IMG/VR virus record: IMGVR_UViG_3300010885_057925
Coordinates: 1-64,000 of that record
DNA from: a virus
DNA length: 64,000 bases
Reading direction: 5' to 3' (one strand)
Shown here: positions 8,527 to 17,045 of the stretch, piece after piece
Layout: each line of letters starts with the position of its first letter
Numbering within the stretch: position 1 is the first letter of the stretch
Notes under the pieces: model-generated
What the model was told of the DNA's origin: nothing
The model's database searches: none
Seen by the model: only the letters and a program-made list of their open reading frames with translations
Translations under genes and position numbers: made by a program

Positions 8527-10710
8527 TCAGATCTTCTGGATCACGACCACGTCGCCAGCTTCCACGGCGAAGGAGAACTTCATCGCGGAGTAGCCACCGT
8601 CGAGTGAGTAGTCAGCCCCCGCGGCGGCGATCGCGGAAGCGGAGCCGGAGCGGATCAGCTGGCCGTTGAAGAACACCATGGAGTTGTCCACGGTGAGCTC
8701 AGCAGCGGTGAAGGCGCCCGGGCCTGTCACGGACACTGCGGTGTTGGCGGCTGCGGGAGCGGGCATGCTCTCAGACTTCTTCGCGGCGGCGGCAGCGGTC
8801 GTCACGACGGAGTCGAGACGGGCGTCGACGGCGAGGAAGGCATCGAGGATGCTCGTCGCGGAGGAGTAGCCGGCGTGTGCAGCGCGGAAGTCGGTCCAGT
8901 TCGCCGTGTCGTTCGAGAGCTTGAGGGCCTGGTCCTTGTCAGCGAACGTGAGCGTGCCGTTCGAGGCGGAGAGAGCGAGGTCGGAGGACGACCACAGCTT
9001 CTTCGCGCCGCTGTCGATGTGCAGCATCTGTGCGCCGGAGCCCACCTGGATCTCGACCTGGCCTGCGCCGAGGTCAGAGTAGCTGAGCATCGTCTCAGCG
9101 ACGTTCTTGCCCGCGTCGGTGACGAGGAGCTTCATGCCGCTGCGAGCCGGGAGGTTCACAACGCCAGAGAGGACGGATCCGCTCTGAGCCTGCAGCTGGC
9201 CCTTGATCTGTGCCGTGGCGCCGACCTTGAAGTTGCCAGATGTTCCACCGTCGCCGTTGACTGCGAAGGTTCCGGTGAGGGCCATGAGGCCACCGTTGAA
9301 CGTGAGGTCAGCGCTGTCAACGACGTTGTGTCCAGCGTCGGAGAGGACAACACGGCCAGCCGTGAGGTTGTTCGCAGCCACCTTGGGGGCCACGACGTCG
9401 CCAGAGAACGTTCCCTTGACGGCCGCGAGGTCGCCAGAGAATGTGCCCTTGACAGCTGCGAGGTCACCCGAGAAGGTGCCCTTGACGCCAGCCACATCGC
9501 CGGAGAATGTTCCCTTGACGCCGGAGACGTCGCCGGAGAAGATGCCCTTGACGGCAGCCAGGTCACCGTTGAGGATCGCGGACGGAGCCTCGATCTTCTC
9601 GCTGAAGAGCCAGCCCTTTGCAGCCTTCCACTTGATGGTCTTGTCGGTCGCGCCCTTGAGGGTGATACCACCGTCTTCCGCCGTCCCGTCAGTCGGAGAA
9701 GCCACCGAGCCGAGCTCGATGTTGATGTCGTCGACAGTCAGGATGGTGGAGTTCACGGTCGTGGTGGTGCCGTTGATGACCAGGTCACCGGTGACGGTGA
9801 GGTTCTGGGCAACATTCAGTCCGCCGCGGACGTTCGTGGCAACGCCAGCCGCCGCGAGGTCAACCTGTCCAGCCACGTCGAGCGCGCCGTTGAGGTCAGC
9901 TGCGCCAGCAACCGCGAAGGTTCCAGCGATGGAGGCGTTCTCGCCGAGGGTGCTGCCCTTGACGGTAAGCACGTCGGACGCGAAGGCGAAGTCAGCGTCG
10001 TCGGAGAGGTCGCCAGCCGTGCCAGCGAACACCACACGACCGGCCGTGAGTGACGCATCCTTGACGGAGGCGGCAGCCATGTTGCCGGAAGCGTCGACCG
10101 AGAAGCCGGTCATCGCGATCGTGCCAGCCTTCATCTCGCCAGAGGCGTCGATCTTGCCGGTCACGGAGAGCTTGCCAGCCGCGAAGGCGAGGTTAGCCTC
10201 GTCCTCGATCTGACCGGAAGCACCCACGAGGTACAGGTGACCGACCGCGTCGCCGTCGATCTTGATCTCGTTCGCGGTGATTCCACCGTTGAAGTCGGCG
10301 AGGCCCGCGACGGACATCGAGCTCTTCATCTCGGCGGAGCCGGTGATGGAGAGGGTGCTGTCCATCTTGACAGCGCCGACGATACGTGCAGCGCCACCGA
10401 CGCGGAGGGCGGCATCGGCCACGACGTTGCCCACGAGGTGTGAAGCGCCGTCGATCTTCATGTCGTGCAGGACTTCGAGCTCGGTAGCTGAGGTCGCAGC
10501 GTCGAGGTGAACCGCGAGGTCGAGGATCTGCACCTTGGCGGCGGAGACGTCTTCCTTGTAGTCGGCAGCGCCGATGATGTCAGCAACCTGGCCACGGAGA
10601 GCGGCGAGGTCACCAGCGAGCGTGCCGAGAGAGTCCTCAGACTTGACCTGCTCGGCGCGGATCTTGGTCAGCGATCCAGCGATCGCGGGGTATGACTTGG
10701 GAGATGGCAT
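8527..10710 (-). CDS. Gly/Ala-rich beta-repeat virion fibre/decoration protein
   Basis: 727 aa with beta-solenoid-like repeats, the LTVTGDLVINGTTTTVNS...DDINIELG fibre motif and a C-terminal xFxNGQL...DY domain. Strong codon bias, own terminator. Confidence 0.7.
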   Translation of the reverse strand: MPSPKSYPAIAGSLTKIRAEQVKSEDSLGTLAGDLAALRGQVADIIGAADYKEDVSAAKVQILDLAVHLDAATSATELEVLHDMKIDGASHLVGNVVADAALRVGGAARIVGAVKMDSTLSITGSAEMKSSMSVAGLADFNGGITANEIKIDGDAVGHLYLVGASGQIEDEANLAFAAGKLSVTGKIDASGEMKAGTIAMTGFSVDASGNMAAASVKDASLTAGRVVFAGTAGDLSDDADFAFASDVLTVKGSTLGENASIAGTFAVAGAADLNGALDVAGQVDLAAAGVATNVRGGLNVAQNLTVTGDLVINGTTTTVNSTILTVDDINIELGSVASPTDGTAEDGGITLKGATDKTIKWKAAKGWLFSEKIEAPSAILNGDLAAVKGIFSGDVSGVKGTFSGDVAGVKGTFSGDLAAVKGTFSGDLAAVKGTFSGDVVAPKVAANNLTAGRVVLSDAGHNVVDSADLTFNGGLMALTGTFAVNGDGGTSGNFKVGATAQIKGQLQAQSGSVLSGVVNLPARSGMKLLVTDAGKNVAETMLSYSDLGAGQVEIQVGSGAQMLHIDSGAKKLWSSSDLALSASNGTLTFADKDQALKLSNDTANWTDFRAAHAGYSSATSILDAFLAVDARLDSVVTTAAAAAKKSESMPAPAAANTAVSVTGPGAFTAAELTVDNSMVFFNGQLIRSGSASAIAAAGADYSLDGGYSAMKFSFAVEAGDVVVIQKI
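9397..9570 (-). repeat. 33-bp (11-aa, GDLAAVKGTFS) tandem repeat, about 5 copies
   Basis: NGDLAAVKGIFSGDVSGVKGTFSGDVAGVKGTFSGDLAAVKGTFSGDLAAVKGTFSGD. On the plus strand cccttgac recurs every 33 bp. Confidence 0.9.
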
Positions 10711-10945
10711 TTTTGTGTTTCCTTATGTTAGAGATACAATATCGCACGATCTCCCTCACCACCATTGGGGGGATTGACCGTGTTCTCCAACCGAACGCAA
10801 ACTGGAACTCGGGCGTCTGACGTCGAGCGCATGACGACCAGTCCCATCGAATACAATTATACTCGATCGAACCAAACTTCTAACCGTATTCGAAAAAAAC
10901 GTAACGAAAACAAACGGTTACAATCAACCAAACTGAGATTCTATC

Positions 10946-11179
10946 TCACGCTCCGTAGAGAGCCTTCTTCAGAGCACGGACCTGTGAGTCGTAGGTGCTG
11001 AACTCTCCGTTCACGAATTCAAGCGCCAGGATGGGGCATGTTCCGTCGTCCTCGAACTCGAAATTGAAGCGACCGCCGGTGGCGCGGTTTGCTGTGATGA
11101 GCTTCCTACCTTTCATCTTTAGGAAAGCTGCAAGCGCTAGATCTGATGTGTTGTACGTTTTCACGGGTTGTTCCTTCAC
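10946..11179 (-). CDS. Small DUF5659-like protein
   Basis: YNTSDLALAAFLKMKG...FNFEF...YDSQVRALKKALY pattern; ATAGTTA motif upstream. Confidence 0.6.
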   Translation of the reverse strand: MKEQPVKTYNTSDLALAAFLKMKGRKLITANRATGGRFNFEFEDDGTCPILALEFVNGEFSTYDSQVRALKKALYGA

Positions 11180-11235
11180 TTACTGTGACTCTAACTATTA
11201 CTAATTTTCGTGCAACTTTGTTCTTCTAGAAAAAA

Positions 11236-12654
11236 TTAAACAGCGTAAGAGTATGTGGCACGGACAACATCGAGGCCCTCGACCGGAGCGTAGAAAGTGA
11301 CCTCCCGACCGTCGAGACTGTAATCGTGATCGTTGCCCTGCGTGAGGAGCTGACCGTTCAGGAAGAGCATCAGCGATCCCGCAGGATCCGGATCATTCGG
11401 GAGAGTAAGCCCCGTCATGACGTTGTCCATGACAATCAGCTGAGAGGGGGGCATGTTGATCGCGTACAGTCGAGCGCTTACATTCTTAGAGTACATCACT
11501 CTAATCACGTCGGTTTCGACAGGAGCAATCGATTGCGAGAACTTGATCTGATTTTCCATCAGCTCGTAGTCAGAATCTTTCGTGAGGAGCTGACCGTTCA
11601 ACCAGAGCATCAGCGACTCCGGATCGGCGGGCGTGTTTGAGAGCGTGAACGTCAGGTTCTGACCGTCCTTCACTCCGGTCACCCCTCCGTTCAGGACGAG
11701 CTCGGTTCCGATGCCCATAGTAGAACCGACGCTAGCAGCAATCTCGACCTGACCGTTCGAGCCTGTCAGCAGTTTGATACCCGCGCCGGCCTTCAAGTAC
11801 GGAGTCATTCCATCGGTGAGAGTTGTCAAAGACCCGCTCAGACCTCCCTGCGCGATGATCTCACCTGTGAATGTCGAACCGTCGAGTAGAGCGAGTCCCG
11901 TCCTGTCGAGCGACAGAGAGAGCGTTTCACCGTTAAACGACCCGCTGACTCCATCGAAAGCGTCCAGTCTCAGCGTTGAGGAGCCCGTCATGGTCGACGA
12001 GATGACAAGCTCTCCGTCGGTTCCTGTCGTGAAGCTGATTCCAGTGCCTGGGTTGAATCTCTGCTGTGTGGGGATGAAGCTCGTGTCAAGCGAGAGTGAG
12101 AGCTTTCCATCCGAGGTTGCTGTACCGATCAGCCCACTTCCCGATGGGATCACGACACCAGCCTGAGTGGAAGCGATGTATGAGGTATCAAGCGAGAAAG
12201 TGTAAGAGTTCGCGAGACGTTTGATCTTTACGCCCGTTCCCTCCATAAAGCTCGGCAGGGTCGTCTCTCGATTCAAAGATAGAGTAAGGACGCCGTTGGA
12301 GACCGAGGTCATCAGACCATCACCTGATCTGACAAGGGTCTCGATGCCGCCGGCCGCCGTCCCCAACGACAACGTAACTGTCCCGTTTCCAGAATCAGTG
12401 ACCTTCACCCCAGATCCAGACCTCAACGCGAGCGTGCCGTCGGGAAGCTTCAGAGCGCCCTTTACTCCGCCTCCTACCTCGAGGCAACCCTCGATGTATC
12501 CCGATCCCTTCACCTTGAGTGAGGTATTCTTGAATCCATCGATACCGACCTGCAGCTCATGAGGCGCGACAATCTTCGCGATATCGATGTTATTCTTTTC
12601 CTTGACGACGATGAAGTCCTGCTTTCTAACGTCGTTCTTGGTTACTGGGGGCAT
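11236..12654 (-). CDS. Tail-fibre/virion structural protein
   Basis: AGxGI-type fibre repeats plus two C-terminal SLMLxLNGQLL...DY domains. Confidence 0.7.
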   Translation of the reverse strand: MPPVTKNDVRKQDFIVVKEKNNIDIAKIVAPHELQVGIDGFKNTSLKVKGSGYIEGCLEVGGGVKGALKLPDGTLALRSGSGVKVTDSGNGTVTLSLGTAAGGIETLVRSGDGLMTSVSNGVLTLSLNRETTLPSFMEGTGVKIKRLANSYTFSLDTSYIASTQAGVVIPSGSGLIGTATSDGKLSLSLDTSFIPTQQRFNPGTGISFTTGTDGELVISSTMTGSSTLRLDAFDGVSGSFNGETLSLSLDRTGLALLDGSTFTGEIIAQGGLSGSLTTLTDGMTPYLKAGAGIKLLTGSNGQVEIAASVGSTMGIGTELVLNGGVTGVKDGQNLTFTLSNTPADPESLMLWLNGQLLTKDSDYELMENQIKFSQSIAPVETDVIRVMYSKNVSARLYAINMPPSQLIVMDNVMTGLTLPNDPDPAGSLMLFLNGQLLTQGNDHDYSLDGREVTFYAPVEGLDVVRATYSYAV

Positions 12655-12672
12655 TTCAGCTCTAAATATGAC

Positions 12673-12699
12673 AAGGGACCGAATCGCTCGGTCCCTTTT
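12673..12699. terminator. Hairpin, probable terminator
   Basis: AAGGGACCGA-atcgc-TCGGTCCCTT perfect 10-bp stem right after the dUTPase-like gene. The U-tract is weak on the coding strand. Confidence 0.6.
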
Positions 12700-12700
12700 G

Positions 12701-13084
12701 TTAGTAGCCGTCCCTCAATCTTCGGCAGATCTTGTCGTGCTTTCGAAGATACGCTGAGTGGAGCTCGTCAGGTGTAACACCCACCAGCTTCAACGTTGTG
12801 TAGAAGTAATTTAAGCCGTCGACCATCTCCTCCAGGAAAGCATCTCGATCGAGCTGGGAGACCTCAGTCTGCCGATGGGGTTTCGCGTTCTTAAGCTCAG
12901 CCAGCGACTCAAAAATCTCTTCCACACCCCGCAGGGTAGTATCTCGAACTAGCGTCTGGGATTCTTTCTTCGAGAGATCGATCGGCCACTGGGGATAGTA
13001 GCCCGGGAACCTCTCGCAGAGCATCTGCATGAACTCCTCACGGAGCTCAAACATCTCGTCGAGCTTATCAGTTGACTTCGGCAT
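12701..13084 (-). CDS. All-alpha (dimeric) dUTPase/dCTPase, MazG superfamily
   Basis: Likely start MPKSTD at 13084; motifs EEIFES..EL..KPHR....EEMVDGLNY. Confidence 0.75.
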   Translation of the reverse strand: MPKSTDKLDEMFELREEFMQMLCERFPGYYPQWPIDLSKKESQTLVRDTTLRGVEEIFESLAELKNAKPHRQTEVSQLDRDAFLEEMVDGLNYFYTTLKLVGVTPDELHSAYLRKHDKICRRLRDGY

Positions 13085-13310
13085 TCTGCATGCCCTCAGT
13101 GCTGAGTTCCTCAGCACGGTCCTGGAGGCGCCTGACAGCTTCCATGAACATCTGGTTCTCCTCATCACTGATGATGAGACTGGAGCCGTCAACCGTCAGT
13201 CGAAGGGTCCTGAGATTGTCGATGATGTCGGTTCCAGTCAGCAGGGCTAGCTGGAGGAGGTCGACGATCCGAACGATAGCATGATCCGAAAGTGTAACAG
13301 TGTTGCTCAT
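13068..13310 (-). CDS. Hypothetical protein
   Basis: Likely start MSNTVTLSD at 13310 with GAGGAG RBS and a TATAAT -10; LQLALLTGTDIIDNLR. Confidence 0.65.
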   Translation of the reverse strand: MSNTVTLSDHAIVRIVDLLQLALLTGTDIIDNLRTLRLTVDGSSLIISDEENQMFMEAVRRLQDRAEELSTEGMQNAEVN

Positions 13311-13362
13311 ATGATTAGTCTCCTCTAAGATTATAGTCAAGTGCCTGGACAGTTTATAGGAA

Positions 13363-14172
13363 TCAGCTCTGTCGAGTGGGTACCCACCAGGTGGTTCTTC
13401 CGTCGAGGGTCTCCTCCTTTATGATCTCCTCTCCGTCTTCGTCAGTCTTTCTTCCGTAACAGAGAAGTTCATTTCCGTAACCACCCGACTCATCATCAAA
13501 TCCCTTATATGATTTGATTGTTGCCCCCTGAGACTCGTATGAAGCTCTGAGCACTCTCTTGATGCTTTCGTTGAGTGCCTCGAACTCCTCCAGACTCAGG
13601 GAGTCAACCTTACGGTGGGGAGAGAGACGAGCGAGCCAGAGAGAATCTGCCTTCACGTAGTTACCGACCCCAGCGACCACGCTCTGATCCATGAGCGCCT
13701 GGGCGAGTGTCCACTTCGGCTTGCGGAGCATCGCAGCCTGAAAGTGTTCGTGGCTCACGTCCTCACCGAGCATATCAGGACCCAGAGTCTTCAACTTTGA
13801 AGCCAGCGTCCGACGGCCCTGGGACCACTTCAGAGTCCCGAAGTTACGAGTATCATTGTAGTATACGCCCGTCCCATCATCGAGGCTCAGACGAACCCGG
13901 GCGTGGTTGGAAGCGCTTCTGGACCAATGACCCGTCATGCCCAGCGTCGACCAGATCGAGGAGTCACCGCCGTCAAGGAGAATATAGATGAACTTACCAT
14001 GACACCCAGCTCCGACGACCCGCTTAGGAAGCTCAGAGACGAGTTGCGAATGACCCTCGAACGGCTTTCTGGTGTAACGACCCGACAGGATCTGGACATC
14101 GACAATCGTTCGATCGGCGAGAGCTCGAGCGATGCCCTCGGCGGCTAGCTTGCATTCTGCGCCCTCTGGCAT
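13363..14172 (-). CDS. Fpg/Nei family DNA glycosylase (Nei-like, zincless finger)
   Basis: True start MPEGAE at 14172 (AGGAG RBS). Motifs GKF, LGMTG, DTRNFG and H2TH LMDQ..VAGVGNY; C-terminal GRTTWWVP lacks the zinc-binding cysteines. Confidence 0.9.
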   Translation of the reverse strand: MPEGAECKLAAEGIARALADRTIVDVQILSGRYTRKPFEGHSQLVSELPKRVVGAGCHGKFIYILLDGGDSSIWSTLGMTGHWSRSASNHARVRLSLDDGTGVYYNDTRNFGTLKWSQGRRTLASKLKTLGPDMLGEDVSHEHFQAAMLRKPKWTLAQALMDQSVVAGVGNYVKADSLWLARLSPHRKVDSLSLEEFEALNESIKRVLRASYESQGATIKSYKGFDDESGGYGNELLCYGRKTDEDGEEIIKEETLDGRTTWWVPTRQS

Positions 14173-14192
14173 GGCTGAATCTCCTAATGGAG

Positions 14193-14221
14193 ATTGTATA
14201 GGAGGTTCCTGATTTTTACAG
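14193..14221 (-). promoter_or_regulatory. Sigma70-like promoter of the Nei glycosylase gene
   Basis: CTGTAA-N17-TACAAT upstream of the AGGAG RBS. Confidence 0.55.
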
Positions 14222-16159
14222 CATCCGTCTGATAAGCTGACGGAGACGTCGCTCATTGAGCTGCTGACGCTTGGCGATCTCATCGGCTGCAAATTTGCGT
14301 ATGTTAGGGCTTCGATCACGTAAAAGCAACTTCAGAGCTTCGATTGGAGCGTTTTTGTTGAAAGCTACACCAGCTCTGGTCGATTTCGATTTGTGCTTAA
14401 CAAGCTTCATCAGGGTATCAGGACTCGTCGATGCGTTTCTGCCGACGTGGTCCGCAGTGTAGTCATTATCCGCGAGCTGATCCAGAACTTCAGGTGGAGT
14501 CGACCTGTTATTGGCGACCGACACGCGGACGTAGACTGACTCGTCCCGTGATAGTGCTGCGAGGATTTTAGGCGGGGCTGCCGGATTAACGGCGGCGCCG
14601 ATGACGACAGATTCACTCGGGTCTCTCGCGAGAATTGCTAGAACCTCGGGCGTCGTTGACGGATTTTTAGCGACGTAACCTCGGATTGTTTCGTCCTTGT
14701 GTCGTGCCAGCGTGGTGAGAATCTCAGGTGGGGATGAGGCATTCATCGCGATTCCACGAATGATACGCTCATTGCCCCTCTGCGCTAGATTCGAGAGAAA
14801 TTCAGGTGGGGTCGATCGATTGTAGGAAACCGCGAAGCGGACATCATCATCCGGATCATCTGCCAGTGCCAGGAGAGCCTCGGGGGGAGTCGAAGTATTC
14901 ACCGCCACCCTGTCACGTACTCTCACGTTCTCATCGTGTGACAGCTTGGTGAGAGCCTCTGGTGGACTTGATCGATTATAGGCAACGCTGGTGCGAATGG
15001 CGACTTCCGGATCATCTGCCAGTGCCAGGAGAGCCTCAGCTGCAGAGAGCTGGTTGAAGGCGACCATTTGTCGAACTTCCACACTCTCGTCTTTCGCTAG
15101 CGCAGCAAGGATCTCGGGCGTCGCTGATTTGCTAATAGCAACGTCACGACGGACATCGTCGTCTGGGTTCTGGGCTAAGATGGCAAGAACATCTGGGCTG
15201 ATGCTCGGCTCTTTGAGAACCGTCTTAACGATATCGATTTCCTCGTCCTTTGAAAGACCGACGGTTAGATACTTGAAAGCTTCTATGCTCTTCGCTGCTG
15301 ACGCGATCTTTTCACGAGCGGGATGCTTACCCCCGAGGCTCCTGTTCTTGTCCGTCAGTGTCTTTACGATCTCATCATGGTCTGATCCTAGAATCTTCTG
15401 CAGCTTCGCGGGGGTGAGACCATCGTTCGCTCGATCGACCGACGTGCTCCCATGCTTACCATCCAGCAAAGGCTTTCCGTCGACGAATCCAACGGAAAGC
15501 CAATCCTGGTCGCCCTTCGGATCATCCTTGATGACGTAAAAGAGGGTCATGTCGGTTCCCGGTCGACCAACGTAATTGTAGAAGAGGTTCGAACCCGCCA
15601 TACGGGCGGTGCACCAGGTCGTCTTCGGCTTACGGGTGACAGGATCGTACCCGGCGATCTTGCAGCTCCGTTCCCGGGTCGTCGGCATCCAGAGGTTCCA
15701 CGGGCCGACCTTTCCGATGCGGTCATTCTCCGTCTCCTCTTCTGAAACCTCGGTCTTGAAGCGCTCCTTCTTGCGCTCCGAGAGACCAAGGACCGTCTCC
15801 ATCTCATCGACTGTCATCGCGGCAGGATCAGCGGGAGAGTTCCACGAGCGCGTGTCGGTTGGGAATCGAGAATCTATAGCAGTCCTGAACTGTGCATTCG
15901 AGCGGTACTTCTCACCGATCGCAGCATCTTTCCGCGAGAAATTCAGGACAGTAACTATTGTGTCCTCGAACGGATGCGTCTCTTCTACCCTAGGGCTTTC
16001 ACCGAAGCGAGCAGTGAGCCAGGCGATCCATTTGGGCTGAAGACGTGACAAATCCTGAGCATGATCAGGGTACTTCTCGACGAGATAACGTTGGTCGTCC
16101 TTGAATCCCTCGAGGAGGACTGATTCGACAAGGCGACGAAGATAAATTTGAGAGATCAT
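14216..16159 (-). CDS. Leucine-rich-variant/HEAT-like repeat protein with N-terminal WCT domain
   Basis: About 13 repeats of VRxxVAxNxSTPPExLxxLAxD. The N-terminal domain carries TTWCTA. LRRLVE and LRQLI tags sit at the two ends. Confidence 0.75.
   Translation of the reverse strand: MISQIYLRRLVESVLLEGFKDDQRYLVEKYPDHAQDLSRLQPKWIAWLTARFGESPRVEETHPFEDTIVTVLNFSRKDAAIGEKYRSNAQFRTAIDSRFPTDTRSWNSPADPAAMTVDEMETVLGLSERKKERFKTEVSEEETENDRIGKVGPWNLWMPTTRERSCKIAGYDPVTRKPKTTWCTARMAGSNLFYNYVGRPGTDMTLFYVIKDDPKGDQDWLSVGFVDGKPLLDGKHGSTSVDRANDGLTPAKLQKILGSDHDEIVKTLTDKNRSLGGKHPAREKIASAAKSIEAFKYLTVGLSKDEEIDIVKTVLKEPSISPDVLAILAQNPDDDVRRDVAISKSATPEILAALAKDESVEVRQMVAFNQLSAAEALLALADDPEVAIRTSVAYNRSSPPEALTKLSHDENVRVRDRVAVNTSTPPEALLALADDPDDDVRFAVSYNRSTPPEFLSNLAQRGNERIIRGIAMNASSPPEILTTLARHKDETIRGYVAKNPSTTPEVLAILARDPSESVVIGAAVNPAAPPKILAALSRDESVYVRVSVANNRSTPPEVLDQLADNDYTADHVGRNASTSPDTLMKLVKHKSKSTRAGVAFNKNAPIEALKLLLRDRSPNIRKFAADEIAKRQQLNERRLRQLIRRML
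14850..15037. repeat. 32-bp exact direct repeat inside the LRV gene (14850-14881 and 15006-15037)
   Basis: tccggatcatctgccagtgccaggagagcctc occurs twice and encodes EALLALADDP. Confidence 0.85.
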
Positions 16160-16164
16160 GCCCC

Positions 16165-16590
16165 CTAACTATTTCCGTCACCGAGAGTCTTCTGCAAATG
16201 GGAGTGATAATCGTTGAGAGCGTGATCGTTCGGCTGCACCGCACGCCAGTCACCGAGGATGAAGATGCGGTAAGCATCGTCACCGTACTTACCGATGCCA
16301 TGCAGCTCCTTTGCCTGCTTCCAGCCGCCTGCGGCATACTCCGCAGACATCCGCTTGAGAGTCTGCGTCCGCTTCCGCTGCATGCCCAGGGGCGTGATGA
16401 GAGCTTCGAGATCAGCGTCGGGAGCCGAAGAGAGAGCCTGCGGGGTGGGCCAGCGTTGGAACATCTCCTCAACGACCGGCTCCATCTGCGCGCGCTTCGT
16501 CAGGTTGAGACACAGACAGCAGACGAGGATCTTCCAGCCATCTGGCCAGTACTTTTCCTGAATCAGACCGAATTTGGGGGGATTCCACAT
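16165..16590 (-). CDS. MBD4-like HhH DNA glycosylase (G:T/G:U mismatch)
   Basis: WNPP..LIQE..W..L...LN.T and ELHGIGKYGDDAYRIF...W..V.P.DHAL..Y closely follow the catalytic domain of eukaryotic MBD4. Confidence 0.88.
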   Translation of the reverse strand: MWNPPKFGLIQEKYWPDGWKILVCCLCLNLTKRAQMEPVVEEMFQRWPTPQALSSAPDADLEALITPLGMQRKRTQTLKRMSAEYAAGGWKQAKELHGIGKYGDDAYRIFILGDWRAVQPNDHALNDYHSHLQKTLGDGNS

Positions 16591-16620
16591 ACTATCATTT
16601 TAAGTGGAATCCCCCAATTT
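16571..16620 (-). promoter_or_regulatory. Inverted repeat enclosing the promoter -10 and start codon of the MBD4-like gene
   Basis: Minus strand aaattGGGGGATTCCAC-ttaaaatgatagtat-GTGGAATCCCCCcaaatt. The G of ATG begins the 3' arm. Confidence 0.65.
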
Positions 16621-16629
16621 ACAAGTCGA

Positions 16630-17007
16630 TCAGCCGACGCCAGCGAATCCTGCGGAACCTGTCACGGTGCTGAAGTTGGAAGTCGGCACAGAAGTCAAGC
16701 CGGCCAGCACGACGAATGGCATCGAAGCTGCGGTCGAGCTTGAAAGGAAGAGCCTGTCGACCCTGAAATCATTTGAGTAACTGCTGCCCGAAGGAACAAC
16801 GAAGTAATTCGTTCCCTGGACACCCAATCGAGTGAACCCGACGCGAAGCTCGAGCGCACTGCGATTCTGAACTGTGAAGAATCGCGTCACGAATGGAAAC
16901 GCGACTTCCGCAGTGGTCGTCACGTTTGAGGCAGTCACGAAAGGAGTCGCTGAGATCTGGTAAGCTGGGACGAACCCCTCGCTCATAACTGGATTATTTA
17001 AGCCCAT
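16630..17007 (-). CDS. Small beta-rich protein, probable virion component
   Basis: 125 aa beta-strand pattern; ATATTTA motif upstream. Confidence 0.6.
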   Translation of the reverse strand: MGLNNPVMSEGFVPAYQISATPFVTASNVTTTAEVAFPFVTRFFTVQNRSALELRVGFTRLGVQGTNYFVVPSGSSYSNDFRVDRLFLSSSTAASMPFVVLAGLTSVPTSNFSTVTGSAGFAGVG

Positions 17008-17045
17008 ATTCTTGTCATCCTACGAGCTTAAATATACGCAATCTA

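Noticed and set aside
9397-9570. Possible CRISPR array
   Set aside because: It is a 33-bp in-frame coding tandem repeat with synonymous variation and no unique spacers.
8875-10213. Long plus-strand ORFs (392 and 336 aa) and similar ones opposite nrdJ, tape measure, capsid and scaffold
   Set aside because: These are antisense shadows of codon-biased minus-strand genes, with no motifs or RBS.
14173-14319. N-terminal extensions given by the ORF track for Nei (also dUTPase 13085-13192 and ClpP 19301-19459)
   Set aside because: They overlap upstream genes. Internal starts fit better, and Nei needs Pro at position 2.
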